Source: Vitrella brassicaformis CCMP3155 (Eukaryota; Protista; Chromerida). From it: a stretch of 64,000 nucleotides of DNA. This document shows, piece after piece, positions 1 through 12,499 of this stretch (position 1 is its first letter; every line of letters begins with the position of its first letter). Under the pieces are notes generated by a model. The model worked only from the letters and a program-made list of their open reading frames with translations. It was not told where the DNA came from and made no database searches. The translations under genes were made by a program, and so were the position numbers. The stretch spans positions 1 to 64,000 of the forward strand of contig CDMY01000451.1 in NCBI GenBank assembly GCA_001179505.1, given 5' to 3'.

Positions 1-245
1 ACAAACACAAGAGTGCGATGATTCGACGAAGTGTGCGTACGTCTGTCGGTTCATACCATATGTGAGGACGGCGCTGTCGTTGCTGTTGTAGGCAGCAATG
101 GCGGGAGAGACTGAAGGCGATTGCGTGACGACCCCGGCGTGATGACCATCCCATGACCGATGTGTGGCATGGCACGAGGAAGTGGGGAGGGCTGCCAAGG
201 GTGTGGTGCGGGAGGATACTGACAGACACATATACACATAGCGGA
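1..245. repeat. Segment identical to 15836..16080 (5' exon and intron region upstream of the CENP-B-type HTH exon)
   Basis: Base-by-base comparison: 1..245 matches 15836..16080 up to the N gap at 16081. Confidence 0.95.
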
Positions 246-1375
246 AAGAAGGCCTATGTTCACACAGGATAGAAGAGTTGAGCTTGTTGCCTCACCTGTG
301 CTGTTCCTGGCTGCCCGAAGGCCGGAGAGGGTGCCATTCCCGGGGGAAAAGAGAGAGAGCTGAACGGCACAGCGACTGCGCGGTGGAACAACGGCTGGTA
401 GGGCGGGCCATGAGCACAGGGAGTGGTTGCTGGCAGCACCGGCAATGAAAAATCACCACTAGAGGGCTGAAGTGAACGACAGCACCAGGAAGGCAGACGC
501 ATGCATGTCGTCGACGCCTCTGAAGTCTGCTTACTTGCAAGCCAGTGCGCACTAGTGGTGGTGGATCAGTCAACAGATCGTCCGAAGCAAAACGTGATCG
601 GCATTTTGCCCACTCACTTGCAAGCCCGACGGGTGATCCCTCTTGTTGCTCATGTGACTCATCTGCTGGGGCGGCAGTGAGTGACAGGCCAGCCTGACCA
701 ACAACAGACACTTGATCATCCTGCAGCACTGACTCATCACGGATCTGGAGGAGGTTCATGTACTTGTGTTTGGTTGCCTTCATGATGCTCATCGACTGGC
801 ACGGCGGCTCTCATCCCACCACCCTGAGCTGCTGATGGCACCGGGGATGAAAAATTACCACCAGAACGCTGAAGTAGAACAACGTCAGGAAGGCGGACGT
901 ATGAATATCATGACGCTGCCTACTTGCAAGCCATTGGGCGCTGGTGGATGAATCAAAAGGGCAGCGCCGGAACCATCTGAAGGGCATCTGGGACTTCCGT
1001 GTGCAGGACTCGATTTTGGCCCCGCACCTGCAGGCCTGCTGGATGCTTTCTGTTCCTGCTCACGTGACTCGTCTGTAGTCGTGGCAGTGAGCACATCACC
1101 GCCACCAACCTGACAGATGAGACGCAGACACGCGCACACATACACAGCCAAAGCAGGAATACAAAAGCAGTGACTCATCATGATCATGGATCTGACTACC
1201 TGTGCTTGGCCTTCATGATGATGATGATCCTCGTCTGGCGCGGCCTCATTCATTCCATCACCCTGAATAACCAAACACACACGCACAGGAAAAGCAGAGA
1301 TCCATTCCGTGAAACTGCTCGTCGAGGAAGCGCCGACACGCTTACGAGCACTACCCTTGCACGCTGAGTGCTCAT
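57..1375 (-). CDS. 5' low-complexity exons of a second paralogue of the HTH-containing gene; continues left out of the window
   Basis: GT-AG exons at about 1375-1346, 1276-1208, 1096-913, 826-762, 700-532, 468-296 and 218-57, all joined in phase 0. The last exon (…SSHM|gtatg) is identical to the one spliced onto the HTH exon at 15830. Start codon uncertain. Confidence 0.5.
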
Positions 1376-1677
1376 GGAGCTTGCAAGTGTCCCTCTTTGC
1401 TCTTGTCTTGCTGCAGGTCCCTCCCCCGCTGTTCCACAGCGCGAGGCAAGATGGCGAATCGACGGCAAGATCTTGGTGATTCGAGCACACTGGTGGACAC
1501 GAGCTCCTCCCTGATGACAGACGGGGAGCTTTCTGTCCCTGTCTTCCCGGTGCCTGTACGTCGGGGAGGTCGATCGAGGTGCCTCTACGTCCGGGCTTGC
1601 CTACCACCCAGGAATGTCACCGCATTATGTGCTACACATCCCTTGGTGTGCTGTCCGGCAAGTATCAGCGCGTCGCC

Positions 1678-3094
1678 ATGAGTAGTAAGTTACAGAGATC
1701 CACTCACATGCACTGCTGCAGTGCGAGGGCATGCTGTGTTTCTGATGCTCGTGTGTGCGTGCAGCTGGTCTGCACCCCGTCCAGCTGCCCTTCACGCCCG
1801 AGTCCCTTCTGTATCGCCTTGAGGAGCACTGGGATGCCATCGAGATCGACCGCAGTCACTCGCAGTCGCTGGCCGACCCCACCGACATGACCGCCAAGCC
1901 AGAGCACCGCCACGTGTGGCTCACCGAGAAGAGCGCCGAGCGCCTCATCGGCAAGCCAGGCTACCGGGTGGCCCTCCTGCCGGCGGCCATCGACGAGAAG
2001 GGGCGGCAGCGGCAGTTCCGCCACCTCTATCGCCTGCAGGTCTTTCGCAAGCCGGCGATGGACATGGCCGAGCAGGCGACTGAATACGACAGCCAGTGCA
2101 GCGTGCGCGTGTACCATGGACAGCAGCCGGTGTGTGCGGTGCCGTACGTGCCCGTCGAGAAGAGCAAGGCCGACAAGCTGTGTGCCACCTGTCTGGTGCC
2201 GTGTGCTGGCGGTAAGGGCATCTGCGGCAAACAGAACACCTACCGCAATATGGTCAACTCTCACCTGCGCAAGACACACAAACTGACGGAGGCCGACCTG
2301 CTGCAGGTCAGCGGACAGACAGACTCACATGGACGGAACCGCTTTCATTTTGCTGTGCGTCGGTGTGTGTAGGGCTTTGCTACCGTTCGCGGCCCATCGG
2401 TGCCGGAGACGCCCACCAACACGTACACAACGAAGCCGCCTTCTCTATCGCCCATCCCACCGTGGCTGTCTCTTGTTGGTGTCCAGCTGCCCAGACCTTT
2501 TCGTTTGCCGGCATGGTGATCAGCAAGACGCAGGCCGACACCTACGGCAGCCACATGTCGGCTGGGTCATCGAACACCGACGTCGCGGCAACACCGTGAG
2601 CACACAAAACATCAGAAGCACCACAGATGCAGTCATCCCACTCATCCGTTTGTGGTGCGACTGTCTGTGAGTGGATGCAGCCCATCGGTCGACGCGCTGC
2701 CGATCGACGGCAAAGAGATGCCGCAGCCGCATTTGGCGCACAGGCTGGCTCTCGACAGCTATGGGGCTGCAGCTGGCGTGACCGGCAATGTCAACCAGAT
2801 GGCACCGTAAGCCTCACCAGACCAATTGCAAAGAAGGCAGATGCACAGGTGTGTGTGGTGGGTTGCATGTTTATCCAGGCCATATTTTGGGTATTATCGG
2901 CCGGACAGCAGCGACTCGATGATGGCATCCAACAGCGACAATGAGGACGGTAAGGGGCACTCCACACAGCAGGAAAAGCGTCTAACATGTTCTCGTCAGG
3001 TTTTGGTGGCACCGGTCCTTTCGTGCCTTTCCTGATGGCCCCTGGCGATTTCAAAGCCTTCGATCGCGCGGATGACGAGGTCAGGCAAGCCTGA
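1678..3094 (+). CDS. BED-type zinc-finger protein, copy A (possible 2-nt frameshift at about 2422)
   Basis: ATG AGT A|gtaagt…gtgcag|CT GGT splice. Exon 1765..2306 encodes CATCLVPC…NMVNSHLRKTH (CxxC…HxxxxH, BED-like). Downstream exons are conserved with copy B. Confidence 0.6.
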
Positions 3095-3450
3095 CATGCC
3101 AACTGACAACGAATGGGTCCATTCTCGTTTCCCCCCATGTCTGTGTTCCAGTCGGAAGAGAATGCATGGCTGGGTGTGATCTGCAACAACACGCCCCAGT
3201 GAGTGACGATGGGGACAATGCGTGTGCGCAGCAGCAATGCGCACACGCTGAGTGGTTTTGTCTGCACGGTATGGTGTCGAGACGTTTTTTCTCTCATGAC
3301 ACGTGTGTGTGTGTTCGTCTGTGGTCGCTGTCGAGTGACGTTTTTTCACCCATAACACTGAATGGTTTTTTCTGCACCGGGCGGTGCGGTGTCGCGGCGT
3401 GCTCGAATGCCGTGACAGTTTTTGAGTGATGACATCTGTGTGTGAGGGTG
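1933..3450 (+). repeat. Diverged tandem paralogue of 16381..17790
   Basis: Near-identical coding exon with an in-frame indel (KSKADK vs KSRQADK); similarity decays downstream. Confidence 0.9.
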
Positions 3451-4098
3451 TTTTTTGTGTGTGTGTTTGGATGCAAGAGTTTCGTGTGTGTTTCATCATG
3501 GATGGATCAATCTTCTCTCTGCGTGTGGTGAGACTATCTGCTGCTGCTGTACCATCATCTCTTGCGCGCGTAGATGGACTTTCTGTGTCAGTTGAGCGCG
3601 CCACTGTTGAGCAAACGCCACACCCTCTCACGCACACACATGGAAACGTCATCCTGCGATCCATTCATGCATCGATTCCCAGAGCCAGTTGGCGATTGGG
3701 AGTAGAAGTGTGTGTGCGTCTCCTTCCCGTGTGTGTGGGTGTTTCTGAAGGGGACGTCTGTCGGTCAGTGTGTAAGTGTGAGTGTGGCGTGATGTGATGT
3801 GTTCTGAAAATGAGTGGTAAATTGTACACGTGCTGAGACCATCACTGACGCTTTACAGAATACATCACACCAGACAGGGTTCCCAACACGCACATGCAAC
3901 CGGAATGCACTATCGCATCCCTCTCGCGCCTCTCCCTCACTGCTCTGCCCTACCCATCCAGCCACCTCAGGGGGCAAAAAAGCCGACAAAAATTCCCTCC
4001 GTCGTAGACAGGCAGACACAAACCACAATGCACGAGAATGAAAGTCAAACGCATGCAGCAAGCAGCTAACACGACACAGACTCAGACCCCCCTCTGGC

Positions 4099-4778
4099 CT
4101 AGTTAGTGCACCTCGCCATATCTTCATCGATGAAGTCCAACAGCTCCTCTGAAGACATTGGTGTCTTCAACGGAGAAGACGGCAAGACCCAAGAACAGGG
4201 CAAGCAATCATGCAGGCATGCATCCTCTGGCTTACTGCGCCAGGCCGAGCATGGGTGCATCATCTTCCACATCTTCGTCGATGAAGTCCAACAGCTCCTC
4301 CGGCCACACCAACACCCACCAACAGGAGGAGCAGCAACACAGGCCACAGGCCCACGGTATGGTCGGTCTTGTCTTGTGCCGCTGTCGTTGCCGGTGTGTT
4401 TGCCTCGCCGCGCACCCCGTTCGCGCCTTGCTGTGGCTCACTCGACCTCCGAGCCCCCTGTCGTTTTAGCTCGACTAGGAGCCGTCTGCCGTCAACATAG
4501 GTGCCGTTCGTTTTCTCGATGGCTGTCGATGCTGCTTGGGGCGAGTCAAAGCTCACAAAGCCGAAGCCCCTGCTTAGGCCAGTGTACTCATCGTAGACAA
4601 CCCTGGCTGACGGGATGCTTCCGTACGGCAGAAAATGCTGCAGACAAACGCGAAAGACATTAATATTCGGCACCGGCGTCCCTGAGCCTTCGCTGCTCGC
4701 CTGACCTTCACGAGGTCGTTGTGCTTCCACTCGTATGGAATGTATTGGACGAAGATATTGCGCCCGTCTTGGTACTCA
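4099..4778 (-). CDS. RRM domain (CELF/Bruno RRM3-like) plus acidic C-terminal tail
   Basis: Spliced GRNIFVQYIPYEWKHNDLVK|HFLPYGSIPSARVVYDEYTGLSRGFGFVSFDSPQAASTAIEKTNGTYVDGRRLLVELKR, with RNP2 (IFVQYI) and RNP1 (RGFGFVSF). The tail carries a duplicated EELLDFIDED motif. Confidence 0.85.
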
Positions 4779-5258
4779 CTGAAGCCCTACAATGAACAAA
4801 CGGATTGATCAGAGCGACCCTTTCCGTATGATCTTCGGCAAGAGTGATGGTGATTTACCCGGCGGCCAGGAAGTCGCTGACGGATGTCCAAAGGGGCCAC
4901 CTCTCGATAAGAGGACATCTGCTGGCTTACGATGGTGGTCTCGCCGCTCGATTGCTGGTATTCAGCAGCAGCTGTCTCGCTTTCCGCTCGACCGGTGGTA
5001 GTCTGCAAACGAGCCAGGCAAACACAGAGGCCTGGCTTGCTATCGTGTTGTCAGCCCGTTTGGGTCACCACATCGTGAGGGCCACGGCCGATGGATCCAT
5101 GCGGTGTCAGCACCTCGTCCAACTCCATGACCACCTGGCCCCGAAATACAATACACACTGAAAGGATATTACAGATCCTTGAGCGCTCACCTGTGCCCGC
5201 CTTATCCTGTCAGTGCGAAACCTGGGTGTGCAATCGGGGTGCCGCAGCTCTTTCTCGC

Positions 5259-8200
5259 GTGGGTAAATGAGCAAGCATCTCCATCCTGGCAACGGCCATT
5301 TTCTGACCAGTACCTGAATCAAGCAGTGGGGCGGGGAGTGGAAAAGGTAAGTGAGTTTCCCTCCCTCTCTTACTTGCAGGGCTGATGAGGCATGGGATTG
5401 CAACCCCTACACACACACACACACACACACACTCACACAGCGATGCTAATGCGTATGGGTGTGTGTGGCCCGGCTTACTCGTCGACGTGTGGGTGAAGGT
5501 TTGGCGGCCTGATTTGGCATTGCGGCACCTGACCGATCCTCAAGAGCTCCTCGATCGTGTACCGATACACGCGAGTCCTGCGGAGAGCCCCGACGGTGGT
5601 GCCTTCTGCAGCGCGTGCGTTGTCCTGGTCCGGTGCTTTATGTTGGGCGCCTCAGTGGTGTCGGTGTTGTGAGTGTTCTCGACGTGCAGACACCCGGTTT
5701 GGGCAGCGACGTTGGTCTGGATGTGAGGTTGCTGGTGCAGTCCATATGAGGGCGCGCTAGGCATGCCCATTTGGGCCGCGTCGATCTTGGGCAACTCGAG
5801 GTCGCCCACCAGCCGTTGCCGCCTACTGATAAACGGCGAGGGACTGCACACATGGATTCGCCGTCGCCGTTTATCGTCGCATACCTTGCATTCCCGAGCT
5901 CGTCGCGGTGTTTGATGGTGTCCAGGCCCGGCTGCTTGTCCGTAAGTGTGGTGGACTCAGCGCCCTCGTCTGATGACATACATACAGACGTACATGACAT
6001 CTGCGACGAGCGAGGATGTCTGTATCCATTCATGCTGTGTGCGTACCGAGTCGCTGTGAAGTCTTCAGCCTCCATGCCCAAGGTGCCTCCTCACCGGCCT
6101 TGGTGCCTCTTCCTCCAAAAGGTCATCCGAGGCCGTCGTCGACGACCTTCTTTCCTCTCGCTCTCGCACCCTGAGTGGCAGCAAAACAATGCACGCTTTG
6201 GTACCGTGTTCCTTTCTCCGTCCGTCGCCCTGCGCACCAAGCCTTGAAGCGATTTAGCTCCTCGAGCGTGTGAGCAAAACAGCACGCATTGTCATAGTGC
6301 ATTCCTGCACACACACACACACATACACACGAGCTTGCCGGGCTTCTGAGCGTCTTACCATGGGCCTCCACTATCCTGCACATTGTGGGCCTGCCACGAA
6401 GCTCCTCCCGGCCGTGTGCATACGTGCACAGAGACCCGCGGCCGCAACTCCCCGCCTTGACAAAGGCCACGCACATCTTGGTCTTGTAAACCTCTGCAGT
6501 ATGATCCAGTCGCCACACCAGTGCGCACAAACATGAGACAATTGCCATCCCCTCTGAGCTTACGGGTCTCTGGAGGGAATTTCGTCCGGCTCCCTTGGTC
6601 CGAGTCGCCGCAGATCGGTTTGACGGACTCGATGCGTCTTGCCTCGAGAGGTGCGTGGGACTCTGAAGCGACGAACCAACACACAGGCAGGCAGGCAGAC
6701 ACACTATAACACTCACGTCGGCTTGGTAGCACAGTTGCTCACCATGGTGGCAGAACCCGCGATTGATGCCCTTCTTGCAGCCCGTCGTCCACTTGAAATG
6801 ACAGGGCGACACTTGCCTGACGGACACACGCACAACTAATGACCATGCCTTCAGAGCTGTTGAGCTGCTTACCCCAACCGTGAAGGGCCGTGCCGACTGA
6901 AGGGACTTCTCTGTCCTCGTTCATTTGCCCGACAACCGAATGATGGACTGAAGGGGCGGAAAGTCTTGGCACCTTGCGCAACTCGGATTCGCTGTGGGCG
7001 TAGGTGCAGTGTGCCCCCTTCCAGCAACCACCCTGATGAGACGCATCCACACGGACATGTGCTGTCTGTTCCTCCGTTTCTCACGTGTGCGCACCTTTGG
7101 GAAGTTACGGCACATTTGGGTCTTGTAGAGCACTGCATCGCCATTTACATATCACACCAGCAAGCGCAAACACGTAGAGGGTCCCCAGCAGATCTGCCTT
7201 TCCCCCTGTGTGCTCACGATTTGCCGGAGGGAACTGGGTCTGGCTCCCATCCGGATAGCCAGCCGTCTGTCGTGATTGAGTGCAATCCTGAAGTGGTGGG
7301 GATTGTACACCTGACGGCGCGGCAGTTGTGCCAGTAGTCGGCACTCCACTTGTGGCCTCTGTGCGACCTGCCGGCCCTGCCTCCCCGTCGCTGAAGGAAG
7401 ACTGTGCACGTGGCGACGTGGGTGTGACGTCGGGGAGGCTGAGATGAGCTGCACGAGCGTCACCGCTTTGGACGGATGACAGAGGCCGTATGCTGCCTGT
7501 GGGATGGCTGACAGTCCTCTCGCCTTCTCCCTCCGGTGTGGCGATGCCGATGCTGGCATCCATCGTGGCAGGGGGGCTCTCGTCGGCTGACGCTGCCTCG
7601 GATGTGAGGTCGGCCGATAGTGAGGGCTCACTGTAACTGGGAGCCTCGGTGGCGATGGTCTCGCATGCAGAGGAGGTGGCTGACGGTGTCACGAGCTCGA
7701 TGGCGTCGTGAGTCCTGCTGTCTTTTCCATTGGCGTCGCCCTGCACGGCATGGTCCGTCTTGTCTTGAGCTGCTTCTGCGTGGGCATCCGCCACGCCGTC
7801 TGCGCCGTTCTTGTCTTGCCGTTGCTCTTGCTGCTGCCTTGGCGCCTCAGTGCTGGTGCCGTCGACTGTGTTGGCCCCTACATCGCTTTCATCACTGGCA
7901 CCAGCGTCCGTCTTCTCGTCGACGTCGCTGGTGTCCACCGACGGGGTGGTAGGGCTCACCAGGGCGTCTGATGCTGTCTGCTCAAGTGACTTTGTCGATG
8001 CGGGAGGCTCGTCGACGGCGTCATCTGTGCTGTTGGAGCGCTCGGTGTCGCCGAGCTGCGAGGGAGACCGCTGCTGCGAATCGACGGGAGAAGAATGCGG
8101 CTGAAACACACAGACCCAGACACACACACACAAGGGCATATATACACACACACACACACACACACAAGGGCATACACACACACACACACATGTGTATGTG

Positions 8201-8972
8201 CCCATCAATACAGACACACACGTGTACAGACACACACGTGTATGGGTATAAGGATGACCCGTATGAACCCGCCCCTCTCACCTGAGCGGCGTCTTGTGCA
8301 TCTGGCGACTCTGCGTGGCTGGGGCGCCCCACCGTTTGTGGTGTGGTGAGCGAGGCAGATGGGAGGGTCTCGCCGTGAACCTGCTGCTGCTCTGGCATAC
8401 TGCCCATCGATCTTGGGCCCACAATGCAATCCAACCACGATGACCCATTGCTGTCGCCGGATTGACGCGTCGAGGCTGGATGAGGCGGCCCGTGAGGCTG
8501 CTTGAAGACCATTTTCCCATCATCTTGGGCTCGCCGTCGAAGCTCCTCGAGTCCGTGGGCGTCCCGACACGGAGGGCCAAGATTGCAGAAGCTGGTCTGG
8601 AAGATGCCGGGAATCGGTCGGAGCTCCTGTGCACATCAAATCAGGTCAGCGGATGGGTTGGCTGGCTCGGTCCATGGCTTTTTGTGTGCATACCTGGTGG
8701 CCATTAGCAAACTGGCACGACGCCCCCTTGTCGCATCTGCCCATCGGATAGTCGCGGCACAGCCTAGTCTTGCTCACTGACAACAGCCACACAAGGGCTC
8801 ACTGAGAGTGGCTGTGGTAATGCGGCTCTGCTGTGATTCTCAGTGCTTACGGTCGGGGAGCGGTCGAAGATCCTGCACTCCGTGGGCGAAGGGGCATTCC
8901 TCGCCATCCTTGCAGCCACCGTTGCCCCAAAAACCACAGAGCTTCGTCTTGTAGAAGGGCCTGAATATGTAC
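5259..8972 (-). CDS. Multi-CCCH zinc-finger region with long acidic/Ser-Pro linker
   Basis: FYKTKLCGFWGNGGCKDGEECPFAHG; LSKTRLCRDYPMGRCDKGASCQFANG; LYKTQMCRNFPK|GGCWKGAHCTYAH; PCHFKWTTGCKKGINRGFCH; VYKTKMCVAFVKAGSCGRGSLCTYAHG; PCK|YWSENGRCQDGDACSFTH; plus two degenerate fingers. Confidence 0.85.
5479..5605 (-). CDS. Exon with canonical eIF4E-binding motif YxxxxLL (4E-T-like context)
   Basis: tgcag|…RVYRYTIEELLRIGQVPQCQIRPPNLHPHVDE|gtaagc. This frame is absent from the supplied ORF track. Confidence 0.6.
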
Positions 8973-9490
8973 GGGCGTACATATGTCTGTGTCGGTTGAG
9001 GGTCACGCATCACACCCACCCGGAGGCTCGCACTTCCTGGATGGACCGACGACTGTCGCTTTCCTGCAGCAAGCAACCAAAGGGTGAATCAGTGTGCCGA
9101 TTCCGGCGTGCAAATGTTTTTCGACCTTGTACAGTCCTGCGGATCCACGAGTGTGGGCGATGCCGCTGTACGATCTGAATGCGTATCCCTGGCGGCCAGG
9201 AAGTCGCTGACCGCTGTCCAAAGGGGCCATCTGAATTGACAAAGCATGACCTCTCCACTTGTCGATGAGAGGACACCTGCTGGCTTACGCTCATTGTGCT
9301 GCCGCTCAATTGCTGGTCGGCAGCAGCAGCTGACTTGCCGTCCGCTGGACCGGTGGCGGTCTGCATTCAACCATCCAACACAGAGTCACTCAGGGACCGT
9401 ATAAGCAAATCACACACACACATCGGCATCCCACCTGCGGATCGCTTTGCCTGTCGCCGCTGGATGGTAGTATGAGGCTCGACGAAAGCT

Positions 9491-12251
9491 TCAGTTCGAC
9501 AGCGGGCCATCCACCACCAGCTCGTATTGCTTGAAATGATTCAGCAACTTGCACCATATCTTGCCTGACACGGAAATTACTCAAGAAAAATGCGGGCTGT
9601 CTTTCTTATCCGTAGCTCGATCATTCGCTCACCTTGCCCCTTGGCAAGGACTTCGGCATTGCCGCAGATGACCAGACCGTACTTCGCGCGTGTGATAGCC
9701 ACATTCAAACGACGAGGGTCATTCAAGAACTCTATATCTGCACGGCAGCCAGACATAGATACACGTGTTGTCATATGTCGACTATTGTGTATGGGCGACT
9801 GTGGTGGCTATGTCAGTGTGACCTTGGTGTCCATTGGATCTGACACATGAAACAATGACGAAGTCCTTCTCTCGCCCCTGGAATGCATCGACGTTTGCAA
9901 CTTCAATGCCCTTTTTCACCTTCCACGTCAAGGCCATATCCAGCACGGCCGCAATATGAGACCTCTGGCCCTCGTAGGGGGTGATGACGGCAATCTGATG
10001 CGGCCTGACGTGGTACAAATTTGCCCTCTCATTTCGTATTTGTCGATTCTTTGTGCGTCCCCCATGCTTACTTGAGTCCCCGTTCGAGAAAGCAAGTGAC
10101 GAGTTCCTTGATATGATCGGCCTCCTCCCTGTTGAGGAACGTCGTGCCGCTCTTCTCCTCGGGACCCGTACAGTTGTAGAAGAACATCGGCATCTCCTTG
10201 CTGCATGCACACAGACAGACAGACAGACAGACAGAAGATTCGTGATGCTCCCTTGTCGGTCCGAGTGTTCTGTGTGGTGTGTAGTTGTGAGAGGTACTTT
10301 GGCCATGGGAAGTCGAGGCCGTCGTAGCTACGTTCCTTGATCGTGACGCCGTCCTGCAGTGAGCCCTCGTAGAAGGACTGCGAAGGGAACTCACTCAAGC
10401 ACGGATGCATCCGGTACTGGACCTGACACATGACCAATCCACGACACAAAGAACGTTTTGCCATCCATTCTTTCTTCTCTTGCTCTGTTTGTGACCAACG
10501 ATCAAATGTTGTGTATGTGTGTGTGACCAGCATACTTCGAGTCTGACGGGCTTCTTGAGGGCAATGAGTCGCTACAAATAGGGACTGGGACAAGCCCGCC
10601 TTGGCTGCCTCTTTGCACATCACTACAGGTCCAAGCTGACACTGATCACCGACGAGCATCAGCTTCTTGGCGCCCATGACGATCGGCACCAGGCACTCCG
10701 GCTCCATCGCCTGCGTCGCCTCGTCTATCAAAACCTGATTGGTAGGGCCATCGATGGATGAATGTTTGCATGACTTAAGCCAACGCACTGACCTGCTCGA
10801 ATCTGAAGCCATCGAGCCGCTGGTCGGCTGCCCCGATGCATGTGCAGCAGATGACGTCGGCGGCGGTAAGCAGTTCCTTCTCGAGTGGTTCCCGCAGCCT
10901 CCTGAGCCTCCACTCATCCGCATCCTCCAACTCGCCTTTCTCCTTCTGTCGTTCCATGAAGAGGTACATACTTAACGAGAAATGACGCAATTGGATTCGT
11001 GTGTGCTCTGTGCCTGCGTACCTTCAGTCCCTCTAGATCGGCTATCTCCGCCTGCACGGGGCCCCAACCGTCCTTGGTGACACATTTGATCTGTCTGTGT
11101 AGGGCCAGATGCTCCACACTCGACTGCGCGTCCTCGCGGCGGCGAGCGTACAAACGAATCACCTGCAAAAGTGGGCGGGGGGATATGTGCACAGATTGCT
11201 CGCTGCATCGTCATCTCTCTGTGTGTACAGACGAGGCTCCTCTGTGTATCACCTTGAGGCCTGTGCGATGCAGCCGCTCCGCCAGGTTGTCCACAGCGAC
11301 GTTAGATTGTGCGCACACCAACACCTGACCCCGATGCAAAGATGGATGCACACAGCAACGAAAGCTGTGCCATGGGCTGCTACGTACCTGTCCCTGTTTG
11401 CACAGATGGTAGACGATCGTGGCCGATGTGAGGGTCTTGCCAGTGCCCGGCGGCCCCTGGATGAGGCACAGCGACGACTGCAGCGCCGTCTTGATTGCTA
11501 AGGTCTGCGAATCTTTCAACTCGGCCAAAGCGGAGACAGACAAGTCACGCCGCAGCGTCGGCCTGACACATATGCACATCACATGGCATCAAATGTGAAC
11601 GAAAGCCGTATGTTGACGTACTCAATAGTTGGTTCCTTGACTTCGTCATAGCCGATCAAATGGCCCCGCAGTTCACGAAGAAGAGACTTGCTCACCGCGG
11701 TCTCGTCACGGGCGAGCAGATTCAAGGCAGACTTCATTCTGAGTGTGTAGGCGGCATGTGTGTGTGTCTGTTGCGTGTGGGTCTGTGGGCCGCCCACCTG
11801 TTGATATTCACAGCTTTCGGCCCGAACTCCACGCTGTAGGGCCGTGTGATGTTGCGGTCCCACGGACCCTGATCGACAAAAATGTGGCCATCCCATCCCA
11901 TCCAGCGCTGTGCTACGCCTTGTCCATGCACGTACGCTTTGCTTAATGGGACAGCGCAGCTCAAGGACTACTTCGTCATGTGGCGTCATCCACTGAGGTG
12001 TGATCATCTTGACGTGGCCCTCCTGCATCCACTCATTACCACCTGACACAACGCCAATCAGCGCACACCAATACGTCACGCGTAGTCAGGGAGTGGCATG
12101 ATGCCTACCGGTGTAGGCGTATTTGATGGCGAGTTCATCGCCCACGGCAGGACGCACATTGCTCTCGTCACGGGGATAGAGGAAGATGGCCGTAGGACGA
12201 CGATTCGACGCAACTTCCCAACGGACAGTGATGTTGGTCTGCACATCCAAT

Positions 12252-12296
<45 letters not shown>

Positions 12297-12429
12297 TGCC
12301 AGCGTGAGCTGGCATGTTGCCACCCACCCACCCACCTGTCTTTGCGACTCTTTGCGACTCCTCATATCCTCGGCCTCGGCATCGATCAGTGAGGTGTAAG
12401 TGTCGTAGTACTCGCCGACATCCACATAC
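9491..12429 (-). CDS. UPF1: UPF1-like SF1B RNA helicase core (no CH domain; two frameshifts as assembled)
   Basis: About 13 exons: stalk RYVDVGEYY…AEAE…KESQ, motif [50 protein letters not shown]|[46 protein letters not shown]. Confidence 0.92.
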
Positions 12430-12499
12430 CTACACAACGACACACACCATGATCAGCGTCATATACTCGTTTCTGTGTGTGTATGCGGCAGACTGACCT

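Noticed and set aside
1-245. Evidence of recent gene conversion from 100% identity with 15836..16080
   Set aside because: It abuts a scaffold gap in copy B and may be a collapsed or duplicated assembly segment. It cannot be distinguished without reads.
1704-2279. Long minus-strand ORFs opposite real exons (also 15885..16730, 27053..27655, 39459..40109)
   Set aside because: These are antisense shadows of GC3-rich coding sequence or ORFs run through N gaps, with no independent motifs.
12296-12315. Intronic hairpin atgccagc-gtga-gctggcat
   Set aside because: A single 8-bp stem is expected by chance and is not repeated elsewhere.
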